Part shown: in pieces, positions 45,122 through 54,649 of the stretch
Position numbering within the stretch: position 1 is the stretch's first letter
How the letters are laid out: each line of letters begins with the position of its first letter
NCBI GenBank assembly: GCA_947166925.1
Contig: CAMVGD010000002.1
Span: 175-64,174, forward strand
Direction of reading: 5' to 3'
From: an uncultured Clostridia bacterium
GTDB taxonomy: Bacteria > Bacillota > Clostridia > Christensenellales > CAG-138
DNA: 64,000 nt
Made by a program: the position numbers and the translations under genes
Notes under the pieces: model-generated
Database searches by the model: none
Told to the model about the DNA's origin: nothing
What the model saw: only the letters and a program-made list of their open reading frames with translations

Positions 45122-45784
45122 ATGACGATCCGAGAAGCGATCGACGCGCGGCATTCGGTGCGCCGGTATACGAAACGCCCGATCGACGGCGAGATCAAAA
45201 AGGCGCTGGAGGAGGAGATCGCGCGCTGCAATGCGGAAAGCGGGCTCAGCATCCGGCTGCAGCTCAACGACCCGAGCGCGGTCAAGGGGCTCTGGGCGTA
45301 CGGCTCGTTTGAAAACGCCGACAATTACATCGTGCTTGCGGGTCCCGATACGGACGCGCTCTTTCCGCTCTGCGGGTACTGGGGCGAGCGGCTTGTGCTG
45401 TTTGCCGAAACGCTCGGGCTTTCGACCTGCTGGATCGCGGGCTCCTATAAGAAGGACCGCGTGAGACAGCGTCTGTGCGGCGGCGAAACGCTTGCCGCGA
45501 TCATCTCGATCGGCTATGCCGCAAAGCCGGGCAAACCGCACAGAAGCAAGTCGTCCGAGCAGGTCACGGAGATCGAAGGGACCGCGCCGGACTGGTTCAA
45601 AGCGGGCGTGGAGGCGGCGCTTTTGGCGCCCACCGCGATCAATCAGCAGCGCTTTCGCTTCTGCTGGAAGGACGGAAAGGCAACGGTCCGCGCGCTTTCG
45701 GGACCGTATTCGATGATCGACGTCGGCATCGTGCAGTATCATTTTGAGATCGGCGCCGAAAGGCCGGTCGGGATCGAACTGTAA
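45122..45784 (+). CDS. Nitroreductase family protein
   Basis: AIDARHSVRRYTKRPI N-terminal motif; 220 aa; RBS GGAGGAAA. Confidence 0.8.
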   Translation: MTIREAIDARHSVRRYTKRPIDGEIKKALEEEIARCNAESGLSIRLQLNDPSAVKGLWAYGSFENADNYIVLAGPDTDALFPLCGYWGERLVLFAETLGLSTCWIAGSYKKDRVRQRLCGGETLAAIISIGYAAKPGKPHRSKSSEQVTEIEGTAPDWFKAGVEAALLAPTAINQQRFRFCWKDGKATVRALSGPYSMIDVGIVQYHFEIGAERPVGIEL

Positions 45785-45836
45785 ACGGGAGAACGGGGAT
45801 TTTCCATCGGTTTTCATTCCGGAAAGGATCAGGGGC

Positions 45837-47198
45837 ATGCGGATAAACAGCGAGCAGCAGCGGCAGATCATGCTGACCGAGCCGATCGGACGGCTGCTGT
45901 TCAAAAAAGCAGCGCCGACGGTGCTGATCCAGCTCATCACCGTCATCTACAATACCGCGGACACGTACTTTGTCGCAAAGATCGACACGGCGGCGTCGGC
46001 GGCTGTCGGCGTTGTCTTTTCGCTGATGGCGGTGATCCAGGCGACCGGCGGCAGCATCGGTATGGGCGCGACAAGCCTTATCAGCCCCATGCTCGGACAA
46101 AAGCGCGTGGACGACGCCAGCACGGTCGGCACCTCCGCCGCGGCCATGAGCATTCTGGCGGGCGTTCTGATCGGCGCGCTGGGTCTCTTGTTTCTGCGTC
46201 CGCTGGTATCGCTGATCGGCGCGCGCGGCGATGTCGTGCCGTATGCGGAGGACTATGCGCGGTTTATCCTGATCGGCGCGCCGTTTATGACCATGGCGTT
46301 CGTTTTGAACAGCGTCCTGCGCTCCGAGGGACAGACGATGTATTCGATGCTCGCCATGGTCACGGGCGGCGTCCTCAATCTGTTCATTGACCCGCTGCTG
46401 ATCTTCGGCTTCGGCATGGGCATCGCGGGCGCGGCGCTCGCGACGATGCTTTCGCAGGTGACAAGCTTTGCGATCATGGCGGTCATTTTCATCCGCGACC
46501 GCAGCATCGTCCGCCTGCGTCCCAAGTATATCGGGAAAAAACCGTCGACCTATGTGCACATCGTACGCATGGGCGTGCCGACGCTGTTCCGGCAGGGCAT
46601 GGCAAGCCTTTCCTCGGCGCTTCTGAACATTCAGGCGGCGCCGTTCGGCGCGGCGGCGGTCGCGGCAATCTCGATCGCGAACAAGCTCTATATGCTCGTG
46701 CGGCACATCGTGCTCGGCATCGGGCAGGGCTTTCAGCCGATCGCCGGCTACTGCTTCGGTGCAAAGCGTTATTCGCGGGTCAAGAAGGTCTTCTGGTACG
46801 CAACGGCTTCCGCAACGGTCATCTGCGTTGCGATCGCGGCGGCGGTGTTCTTCTTCCGCGAGCCGATCATGACCTGGTTCCGCGACGATCCCGAGGTCGT
46901 GCGCATCGGCAGCATGATGCTTGCGTTCCTGTGCGTCACGATCCCGCTGATGGGCTTTTCCACCTACGTCAATCAGCTCTATCAATCGCTCGGTTTTGCG
47001 GTCGGCGCGACGATCCTCGCCTCGTGCAGGCAGGGCATCTTCTTCGTGCCGCTCGTGTTTTTACTGCCGTACTTCTTCGGGCTTGAAGGCATCACGGCGG
47101 TGCAGGCGGCGGCGGACCTATTGACCTTCCTTGTCTCGATCCCGTTTCTCATCTTCTTTTTCAAAAAATACCTCTCCGCCCCGGACGCGGCGGATTGA
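45837..47198 (+). CDS. MATE family efflux transporter
   Basis: 12-TM profile and N-terminus EPIGRLLFKKAAPTVLIQLITVIYNTADTYFV, typical of MATE. Start moved to ATG 45837. Confidence 0.85.
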   Translation: MRINSEQQRQIMLTEPIGRLLFKKAAPTVLIQLITVIYNTADTYFVAKIDTAASAAVGVVFSLMAVIQATGGSIGMGATSLISPMLGQKRVDDASTVGTSAAAMSILAGVLIGALGLLFLRPLVSLIGARGDVVPYAEDYARFILIGAPFMTMAFVLNSVLRSEGQTMYSMLAMVTGGVLNLFIDPLLIFGFGMGIAGAALATMLSQVTSFAIMAVIFIRDRSIVRLRPKYIGKKPSTYVHIVRMGVPTLFRQGMASLSSALLNIQAAPFGAAAVAAISIANKLYMLVRHIVLGIGQGFQPIAGYCFGAKRYSRVKKVFWYATASATVICVAIAAAVFFFREPIMTWFRDDPEVVRIGSMMLAFLCVTIPLMGFSTYVNQLYQSLGFAVGATILASCRQGIFFVPLVFLLPYFFGLEGITAVQAAADLLTFLVSIPFLIFFFKKYLSAPDAAD

Positions 47199-47307
47199 TC
47201 CCGGACCGGTCGGCTTGCCCGCACCGGTTTTTTTCAAAAAAACTGCAGCACTTTTGCACGCTCGATTGTTTCTATAGGCAGAGAGGAAAAAAGGGGAGTA
47301 TCGGACT

Positions 47308-47847
47308 ATGATTCTGCTGTTGATTTTGAACAGCGAAGCAGACCGCGCGATCGTCAGCGATCTGTTTGCGAAAAACTATCACCGCATGAAGCGCGCGGCG
47401 ATGGGCATTCTCGGGGAACCTGCCGCGGCGGAGGACGTCGTGCAGGATACCTTCGTGCGCTGCATCAGGCACGTCGACCGGATTCGCGCGCTGCCGGACC
47501 GGGCGTGTTCCATGTACCTTCTGACCGCGCTGAAGCACAATGCGCTGAACTGCAGAAAGCGCGACGGGCTGATCGTACAGGTTCCGGCGGACGAGCTGGA
47601 GCTGCAGGATGGATCGGCGCCGGTCGAGGAGCAGGCGATCCGCGCGCTGACCGTGGAGGAGCTCAAGGAGGCGTTCAAACGCCTGCCGGACAGTCTTAAA
47701 GACGTGCTGCGCTATAAGTACCTGCTGGAACTGAGCGACGGCGAGATCGCTGATGCGCTTGGCGTGACCAAGAGCACCGTCCGTTCGTATCTGACACGCG
47801 CCCGCCGCGCTGTGCTTGCAATGTGCAGGGAGGATGAACATGCGTAA
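47308..47847 (+). CDS. ECF-like sigma-70 family sigma factor, paralogue 1
   Basis: 179 aa. AEDVVQDTFVRCI (region 2) and LSDGEIADALGVTKSTVRSYLTRARR (region 4). Clearly paralogous to 49224..49769 along its whole length (many identical positions by eye; identity not computed). Confidence 0.85.
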   Translation: MILLLILNSEADRAIVSDLFAKNYHRMKRAAMGILGEPAAAEDVVQDTFVRCIRHVDRIRALPDRACSMYLLTALKHNALNCRKRDGLIVQVPADELELQDGSAPVEEQAIRALTVEELKEAFKRLPDSLKDVLRYKYLLELSDGEIADALGVTKSTVRSYLTRARRAVLAMCREDEHA

Positions 47848-48922
47848 ACGGGAATTTGAAAAACTGCTGCGCGCAGCGATCATATCGGAAGCCGAAGAGC
47901 AGGGAGCGATCCTTGACGCAACGCCCGAGATCGAGCCGATCCCTGCAGAAGCGCAGGCACGCTTTGACGCCGCGCTGAACGGAAACCGGAAGGAACCGAA
48001 ACGGACTGCTTCCGAAGCGCCTTCGGAGCAGCCACAGCCGGTAAAGCGCGCGCACCGCTGGCTTGCGTACGGGCTCACCGCGGCCTCCGCTGCCGCCGTG
48101 ATCCTTGTCGTTGTGCTGCAGATCGGCACGGGCGGCTTGCGCGGTACAAAACCGCAGGAACCGGTCATGCCCGCAGAGCAACAGCCCACAGTAATTGTTC
48201 TCACCCCTCCCAAATATATATCATCTTGGACGTGGCAAACGAAGATGCTCAACAGAGAGTTTTGCCCAAGAAACGTAGTTGAAAGCAATCTTAATAGTGA
48301 AGAGCATAGGCATATAGATAACTTGATTCATATAAAACTTCTGGAACAAGGAAACGGTCAATACTATCTAGATGAAGAGTTATACTACGCCCAACAGTAC
48401 AGAGATCCAAATCGTGTACCATGGGGAGAAGCATACGGATGGTGGGTGGATAGAAGCTTCTTTTACCAGTATGCAACAACGAATGAAGGCGGTTCATTAT
48501 ATCGAAATATGAATACGGAATCTCTTGAAGTAGTGGTTTATGTAACTGCAGATGGAGAAGAAAGACTGTTGTTTAAAAACGGATCCCCGTTAGCACGCTC
48601 GGATACTTTGAGAATTCAAGACTTTGGAGTCGTTGTAATTGACGATATAGCCTTTGCAACAGCAGAAGACTATGCATCTGTTTTAAATGCACACACAAGA
48701 GGAACAAACAAAGTGCAAGGTGGATTAGATACGATTGGTGAAAACTATGTATGGGATTTGAACTTTGAATGCACGACGGTACCGGGATTACGATATGAGC
48801 TTAACTTGATAGTGGATTCTGATAACAAGAAAGGTTATGTATATGCGGTAAATATGGGGGAGATTGTTTCTTTCGAACTGGATTACAGATGGGGGATTCC
48901 TATGTGTCGTGGGAACGGTTAG
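47840..48922 (+). CDS. Putative anti-sigma factor, paralogue 1 (conserved N-terminus + TM, AT-rich foreign-looking C-terminal domain)
   Basis: ATG overlaps the sigma stop by 8 nt. The N-terminal ~95 aa and TM (WLAYGLTAASAAAVILVVVL) align with 49759..52149. The sequence after ~48190 is visibly AT-rich. Confidence 0.65.
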   Translation: MRKREFEKLLRAAIISEAEEQGAILDATPEIEPIPAEAQARFDAALNGNRKEPKRTASEAPSEQPQPVKRAHRWLAYGLTAASAAAVILVVVLQIGTGGLRGTKPQEPVMPAEQQPTVIVLTPPKYISSWTWQTKMLNREFCPRNVVESNLNSEEHRHIDNLIHIKLLEQGNGQYYLDEELYYAQQYRDPNRVPWGEAYGWWVDRSFFYQYATTNEGGSLYRNMNTESLEVVVYVTADGEERLLFKNGSPLARSDTLRIQDFGVVVIDDIAFATAEDYASVLNAHTRGTNKVQGGLDTIGENYVWDLNFECTTVPGLRYELNLIVDSDNKKGYVYAVNMGEIVSFELDYRWGIPMCRGNG

Positions 48923-49113
48923 GAACACGGAGGGGAGTGTCAAGGGGACGATTCTCTTGACAACTCATAATTCAAGCGGCAGGGAGACGGTTCTCCCGAC
49001 AACAGTCGATTGGAATCAAAACGTGTCATAAAATCCGATCTCAGGACAATACCCATCGCGGTATATTTCTACGCATATTGAGGCGGGGAACGATTTCCTC
49101 CGTTCGCAAAAAG

Positions 49114-49152
49114 GTATAACACAGGAGCGCATACCTGTGTTATACTTTTTTT
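49114..49152 (+). terminator. Terminator between the two sigma/anti-sigma modules
   Basis: GTATAACACAGG-agcgcata-CCTGTGTTATAC followed by TTTTTTT. Confidence 0.8.
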
Positions 49153-49223
49153 ATCAAACCCTGTAACACATTTGCCGTTTCGATCGTCTATATCATAGAG
49201 AGGTCAAGGGGGAAGACTGTCGA

Positions 49224-49769
49224 ATGTTGTTTTTGCTGCTGATGCTGGACAGCGAATCGGATCGCGCGCTGATCGGCGAGCTGTTTGCATCGAATTATCA
49301 CCGCATGAAACGCGCGGCGATCGGCATTTTACATGAGGAAGGCGTGGCGGAGGACGCCGTGCAGGATACGTTTGTGCGCTGCATGCAGAAGATCGACACG
49401 CTGCGGACGCTTCCGGAGCACGCGCGGTCGGTGTATCTTTTAACCGCCGTCCGGCACAACGCGCTGGACAAGCTTCGCAAGGGCGGCGCGTTCAAAAGCG
49501 TGCCGATGGAGGAGATCGACATGCCGGATGAGAGCGACTCGGTCGAGGAGCGCGTGATCAAAAGCCTGACCGTCGAGGCGGTCAAGGCGGCGTTTTTGAA
49601 GCTTCCGGACAGTCAGCAGGACGTGCTGCGGTATAAGTATCTTCTGGAGCTCAACGACGGCGAGATCGCAAGCGCGCTCGGCGTCTCGAAGGCGTCGGTG
49701 CGCGTGTACCTGATGCGCGCGAAAAAAGCGGTGCTTGCGCTTTGCAGGGAGGGCGGCTATGAAGCATAA
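49224..49769 (+). CDS. ECF-like sigma-70 family sigma factor, paralogue 2
   Basis: 181 aa; same motifs as paralogue 1. Confidence 0.85.
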   Translation: MLFLLLMLDSESDRALIGELFASNYHRMKRAAIGILHEEGVAEDAVQDTFVRCMQKIDTLRTLPEHARSVYLLTAVRHNALDKLRKGGAFKSVPMEEIDMPDESDSVEERVIKSLTVEAVKAAFLKLPDSQQDVLRYKYLLELNDGEIASALGVSKASVRVYLMRAKKAVLALCREGGYEA

Positions 49770-52149
49770 ATCGTTTGATACGCTGTTAAAAGATGCGATC
49801 CTCTCGGCGGCAGAGGAGCAGGGCAGGCGTTTGGACGCCGAGCCCGTCATGCCGGTCCCCGAAACGGCGCAGGCGCGGTTTGACGCTGCCATGGACAAAG
49901 AGGAACGAACGGCGAAGGAACCGACGGCGCCCGAACCGCGGTCGGCACAGAAGCCCTCGGCGCGAACCGTCGTACGGCGCTGGCTTGCCTACGGACTGAC
50001 CGCCGCCGCGCTTGCGGCCGTGGTGCTTGTGATCGCGCTGATGATCCGATCCGGGAGCATCTTCAGCGGCAAACCGAAGCCCGGCGATCCGATCGGCGTG
50101 GAAGCCACGCCGGAAAGCACGGATGGACCCGGAAAGCCGCTGCCCTATACCGCCGTCACCTATCGGGATACCGAAGAAGCGGAAGCCGCGATGCGGCAGA
50201 TGTTTGCGGCGTTCTCCGAGCTGATCGAAAAGGTCAGGGATGATCTCAACGAGCCGGAGCACCGCGTTCTGAAGGGCGGCGTGCTGTATGTCGACCGCGG
50301 CGTCAATGCGATCGACTGGGAGCATCCGTGCGCTGAAACGACGGAAGCGATCCAGAGGCTTCTGCAGTTTCCCGGCGGCAGGTATTTCTATGCCGGATGG
50401 GAGCGCACCGACAGGATCCCGGTCTTCTTCCTCACGGTCTACTGGACGAACGAGACCGGGTATTATCAGACGAGCCTTGTCTTTTCGGAGGATCCGGAAT
50501 ACCTGTATGCAAATGATCCCGCCGCGGAGGACGTCACGCCGGAGCCTTTGACGGAGGACCGGACGTGGGCGATCTATTCGGAGCGCTGGCAGGAAGCGCC
50601 GTTTGAAATGGAGCCAGACCCCGCGCCCGCGCCGGAGCCGAAGCCGTATGTAACGAACTTTATGAATCCGGGACCGGATGTAAACTTCGGGTCCGATCTG
50701 AACGCTCCCGTGAGCGAGATGCAGGGACGGGCAAAGGCGTTTCTCAAACAGAACCGGGAGGCGCTCGAGCGCGCGGGCAGCGATCTTTCGGCATGGAACG
50801 AGGTGATCGCACGCTCGGACGAGCCGAACGCAAGCGTATTCCTTGCCGATGCGTCCGCATATTTTGCGCAGGCGCAGGATCCGATGACGGTGGTTGCGTT
50901 CCCGTGGGCAATCGACACGACGCGGACCGAGGCGGGCGAGCTCTATGAGCTGCGGCTCCTCTACGTGCAGGAACCGTCGGAGCAGATCAACGACCTGTAT
51001 CGGGACGCGCTGATCCCGCTTGAGGAGCATTGGTATCTGCTGACGGTCTATTATGTCCGGTCCACGCTCCCCGGCGTATGGACCATGCCGGACCGGTACG
51101 GCTACGGCACGTCGTATCTCGAACTGCATTCGAACGGCACGGCGCGGGTGCTTGAAACGACGTATGACGCCCGCGCGGACGAGCAATGCCGCTTTGACGC
51201 GGACCCGGACCTACAGAACGGCTTGCTGTTTTCAAAGGGGACGCTGCTCAGAACGGCAGTCTATGATCCCGAAACGGACACGCTGACCGTGCAGTTTTCA
51301 GACGGCAGCGAGCGCACGGCGACGCGCGCCTATGATCTCGTTCTGCCGCGGCGCGATCCTTTGGACCGTTCGGCAAGAACGCTTCTGACGCTGCCGGTCT
51401 CCTGCCCGGTCGGCGCGCTCGACGCTGCGGAGGGACAGATGTTCCTCTATGACGTCGACGGCGACGGAGCATTGGATCCGATTTCGTTCGGGACCGACGA
51501 CGAAGGGGAACTTGTGATACGCATCGGCGAGATAGAAGCGTATTTTCCGGAGGCGGGGAAAGGCGCGATCCTTCAGGAAGCAATTCTGCTGAACTCGCAC
51601 GATACGACAGGCGATCTGACGCTTGCGCTGGAAATCAAGGACCGGCAGATCGACTATACGACGGTGTGCGTACTGCGAATCAAAAACGGAAAGAAAGCGC
51701 ACACATCTTACCCGGATTGCTCTATGCGGCTGGTCGACGGGGAGGTGTACTTTACCGAATGGTGTTATGTGCTCGGTTCGATCTCGGGGACCTCGCTGCG
51801 TCAGGGCGCGCTGCTCCGGCGCGTGCCGCCGGGATGGGTCGAAACGGGCGTGCTGGACCGCGTACAGAACAGGACGCGCGAGGAGCAGATCGAGTACCAT
51901 GATCTTATCAAGGTCGTACGGAACCTACCCTGCACGATAAAGGATGCGCCCGCCGTGATCGAGGCGGGAACGTGGGTCTATGTGCTCCGTTGGGACGGCA
52001 CTCGGATCGTGATCCGGACCGAGGACGGCAGAGAAGCGACGCTGGAGGTGCAGACGGAGCGCTCGGACGACGGCTTCGATATCGCTCGCTATCTGATCGA
52101 CGGCGTCGACGCGGAGGACTATTTCGACAACCTCGATATGGCAGGGTAA
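49759..52149 (+). CDS. Putative anti-sigma factor, paralogue 2, with ~690-aa extracytoplasmic domain
   Basis: ATG overlaps the sigma stop by 11 nt. TM is WLAYGLTAAALAAVVLVIALMI. Contains a DVDGDGALDP Ca-binding-like (FG-GAP/VCBS-type) loop. Confidence 0.65.
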   Translation: MKHKSFDTLLKDAILSAAEEQGRRLDAEPVMPVPETAQARFDAAMDKEERTAKEPTAPEPRSAQKPSARTVVRRWLAYGLTAAALAAVVLVIALMIRSGSIFSGKPKPGDPIGVEATPESTDGPGKPLPYTAVTYRDTEEAEAAMRQMFAAFSELIEKVRDDLNEPEHRVLKGGVLYVDRGVNAIDWEHPCAETTEAIQRLLQFPGGRYFYAGWERTDRIPVFFLTVYWTNETGYYQTSLVFSEDPEYLYANDPAAEDVTPEPLTEDRTWAIYSERWQEAPFEMEPDPAPAPEPKPYVTNFMNPGPDVNFGSDLNAPVSEMQGRAKAFLKQNREALERAGSDLSAWNEVIARSDEPNASVFLADASAYFAQAQDPMTVVAFPWAIDTTRTEAGELYELRLLYVQEPSEQINDLYRDALIPLEEHWYLLTVYYVRSTLPGVWTMPDRYGYGTSYLELHSNGTARVLETTYDARADEQCRFDADPDLQNGLLFSKGTLLRTAVYDPETDTLTVQFSDGSERTATRAYDLVLPRRDPLDRSARTLLTLPVSCPVGALDAAEGQMFLYDVDGDGALDPISFGTDDEGELVIRIGEIEAYFPEAGKGAILQEAILLNSHDTTGDLTLALEIKDRQIDYTTVCVLRIKNGKKAHTSYPDCSMRLVDGEVYFTEWCYVLGSISGTSLRQGALLRRVPPGWVETGVLDRVQNRTREEQIEYHDLIKVVRNLPCTIKDAPAVIEAGTWVYVLRWDGTRIVIRTEDGREATLEVQTERSDDGFDIARYLIDGVDAEDYFDNLDMAG

Positions 52150-52159
52150 ACGAACAGAA

Positions 52160-52197
52160 AAAAGGGGACGTTCCGAAACGCCGGACATCCCCTTTTC
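52160..52197. terminator. Bidirectional terminator between convergent genes
   Basis: AAAAGGGGA-N19-TCCCCTTTT. Confidence 0.6.
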
Positions 52198-52205
52198 GTT
52201 TGCTC

Positions 52206-53003
52206 TTATTGATAGATCTCCATGATCCTGCCGCTGTTCCAGTAATCTTCCATGATCTCCGTGATCTTCCGATAGATCGGGAAGCGCTTGAAGCAGTCGA
52301 ACAGCTCCTGCACCTGCCGGTCGATCGCGGCGGTCTCGTCCGCGGTCTGTGCTTCCAGACGGCGCATCCACAGCATGCAGATAAGCTTGTCGATGCAAAG
52401 ATCCTCGGCGCATTCGATGTTTTGGATGCGATCCGCGCCGGACTTGATCGCCGCGGCGATCTCGTAGTACATGAAGTGTACGCCGGGGATCTTTTCGAGA
52501 TACAGCTCCGCCATTGCCTGCTCACCCATTTGATGGTATGTTTCCGCCATCGCCCGATAGACGTCGATGCGGTTGGAGTCGTCCTTCGTGCAGCTTAAGA
52601 TGCGTTCGCCGATCTCGATGATCTCCGCGCTGCGGCTGCCGTCGCCGTTCTGCTGCTCCATATCCTCCAGAATACAGGTCAGCAGAAGATCGTTGTTCGG
52701 GTATTTCTCCAATGCCTTCCGAAGGTACGCTTCGCTCCTTGCGGGGTCTTTGCCGCCGCGTCCGCTTTCGATCAGGATCTGTTCGATCGCTGCGTCGAGC
52801 TTGCTCTGGTCGAAATCCAGCAGGTTATCGAGCGACGTCCCGAAGTAGATCGCAAGCTTCGGGAGCATGTCGATGTCGGGGCTGCTTGCCCCCGTTTCCC
52901 ATTTGCTTACCGCCTGGGAGGAAATGTGCAGGTATTCCGCAAGCTCCTCCTGCGTGACCTTCTTTTCTTTTCTGAGTTCTCTGATTTTTGCTCCGATATT
53001 CAT
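52206..53003 (-). CDS. XRE-family HTH regulator with C-terminal TPR-like helical domain
   Basis: MNIGAKIRELRKEKKVTQEELAEYLHISSQAVSKWETG. Start moved to ATG 53003 behind AAAGGAGAA. Confidence 0.8.
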   Translation of the reverse strand: MNIGAKIRELRKEKKVTQEELAEYLHISSQAVSKWETGASSPDIDMLPKLAIYFGTSLDNLLDFDQSKLDAAIEQILIESGRGGKDPARSEAYLRKALEKYPNNDLLLTCILEDMEQQNGDGSRSAEIIEIGERILSCTKDDSNRIDVYRAMAETYHQMGEQAMAELYLEKIPGVHFMYYEIAAAIKSGADRIQNIECAEDLCIDKLICMLWMRRLEAQTADETAAIDRQVQELFDCFKRFPIYRKITEIMEDYWNSGRIMEIYQ

Positions 53004-53160
53004 GATCGTTTCTCCTTTTGTGTTCTTGTAACCGGTTCGATATGAGCATAACGGATCGCCGCAGAAAAGTCCATATGAACTTAATCGGAGAATATACAAC
53101 TGATGGTTGGGAAAACGGATAAACGAACGGCGGTCAAACGACCGCCGTTTCGGTGCTTTC

Positions 53161-54357
53161 TTATTTGTGCGTCTCGTTGTACGCTTTGATGCCGAGCGCC
53201 AGAAGATCCATCGCGCGTTCGAGCTTGTCCTGCTTCAGAACGTACGCGATGCGGATCTCGTTCTTGCCCTTGCCGGGGGTGGCGTAGAAGCCTTCGCCGG
53301 GTGCGAACATGACCGTGTCGCCGTTGTCGTCGAAGTCGGTCAGAAGCCACTTCTGGAACGTGTCGGCGTTGTCGACGGGCAGCGCCGCCATCATGTAGAA
53401 CGCGCCTTCGGGATCCTTGACCACGACGCCGGGGATCTCCAGAAGCTTCTTAAAGCAGGTGTCGCGGCGGAGCTTGTACTCCTTGCGGACCGCCTCGAAG
53501 TATTCGGGACCGACGTCATAAAGCGCGGCGGACGCGACCTGGTCGAGCGTTGCGACGGACAGACGCGCCTGGCAGAACTTCAGCAGGTTCTGCTGCAGCT
53601 CCTTGTTGCGGGTGATGATCGCGCCGATGCGCGCGCCGCAGGCGGAGAAGCGCTTGGAAACGGAGTCGATGACGACCGCGTTGTCTTTAAGCTCCGGGAA
53701 CTGACCGATCGTGGCAAGCTTTTCGCCGCCGTAGACGAACTCGCGGTAGACCTCGTCGCCAATGACGAACAGGTCGTGCGCCTTTGCAAAGTCCGCGATG
53801 GTCTGAAGCTCCTCAGGCGTCAGCACCACGCCGGTCGGGTTGCCGGGGTTGGTGAACATGATCGCGCGGGTGTTCTCGTTGTACGCGGCTTCGAGCTTGT
53901 CGCGGAACGCGTAGCGATAGCCGCCCTCGGGCGAGGTGGTGATCGGACGGATGCGGCCGCCGGCCGATTTCACGAACGTATTGTAGTTCGGATAGAACGG
54001 CTCGGGAATGATGACCTCGCTGCCGGGATCGAGGATAGAAAGCATCAGCATCTGCAGCGCTTCGCTGCCGCCGGTGGTGATCAGGATGTCGCTTTCCTCA
54101 TAGTGGATGCCGAGCTTTTCGTAATACTTCTGCACCGCCTTGATGAGCACGGGCATGCCGGGGGACTCCGCATACTCGAGGACCGGGTTATTGAAGTTGC
54201 GGATCGCCTCATAATAGGCGGGCGGGGTCTCGATGTCGGGCTGACCGATGTTGAGATGATAGATCTTCTTGCCCTTGTTCACGGCTTCCACCGCGTAGGG
54301 ATGGAATTTACGCATCGGGGAAAGGTTGCATTCCAGCGCTTTCTGCGAGATTTTCAT
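53161..54357 (-). CDS. Class I/II pyridoxal-phosphate aminotransferase (aspartate aminotransferase-like)
   Basis: LNIGQPD..., SVSKRFSACGARIG (PLP lysine motif SxSK). Start moved to ATG 54357 behind GGAGG. Confidence 0.85.
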   Translation of the reverse strand: MKISQKALECNLSPMRKFHPYAVEAVNKGKKIYHLNIGQPDIETPPAYYEAIRNFNNPVLEYAESPGMPVLIKAVQKYYEKLGIHYEESDILITTGGSEALQMLMLSILDPGSEVIIPEPFYPNYNTFVKSAGGRIRPITTSPEGGYRYAFRDKLEAAYNENTRAIMFTNPGNPTGVVLTPEELQTIADFAKAHDLFVIGDEVYREFVYGGEKLATIGQFPELKDNAVVIDSVSKRFSACGARIGAIITRNKELQQNLLKFCQARLSVATLDQVASAALYDVGPEYFEAVRKEYKLRRDTCFKKLLEIPGVVVKDPEGAFYMMAALPVDNADTFQKWLLTDFDDNGDTVMFAPGEGFYATPGKGKNEIRIAYVLKQDKLERAMDLLALGIKAYNETHK

Positions 54358-54555
54358 GAGCATGCCTCCGGGATTTTTGAATGAATTGTGCGAGCACCGC
54401 ATACATCGAAATAGTATCACGCCCGCTGCGTTTTTTCAAGATGCAGCGGGCGTTTCGAAATGATATATTCTTGCGCTGCCGGATCGCATCCGAACGAAGG
54501 GGGTGTGTTTCGGAAACAAAAACCGCCCCGCGCTTTACGGGATGGGATCTGAAGA

Positions 54556-54584
54556 TTGACGCTGACCGAACGCGGTGGTACAAT
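54556..54584 (+). promoter_or_regulatory. Promoter of the histidine phosphatase gene
   Basis: TTGACG-17 nt-TACAAT. Confidence 0.55.
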
Positions 54585-54649
54585 AAATCAAATCGTGCAG
54601 AACGATGCAGCCTGTTTTCGCGATATGAATGAGGAGAAGGGAGACAACG

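Noticed and set aside
48939-49003. Two similar ~22-bp units (GGGGACGATTCTCTTGACAAC / GGGAGACGGTTCTCCCGACAAC), each partly palindromic, downstream of anti-sigma paralogue 1.
   Set aside because: Only two imperfect copies lie in AT-rich spacer DNA. That is insufficient to call a repeat family or an operator.
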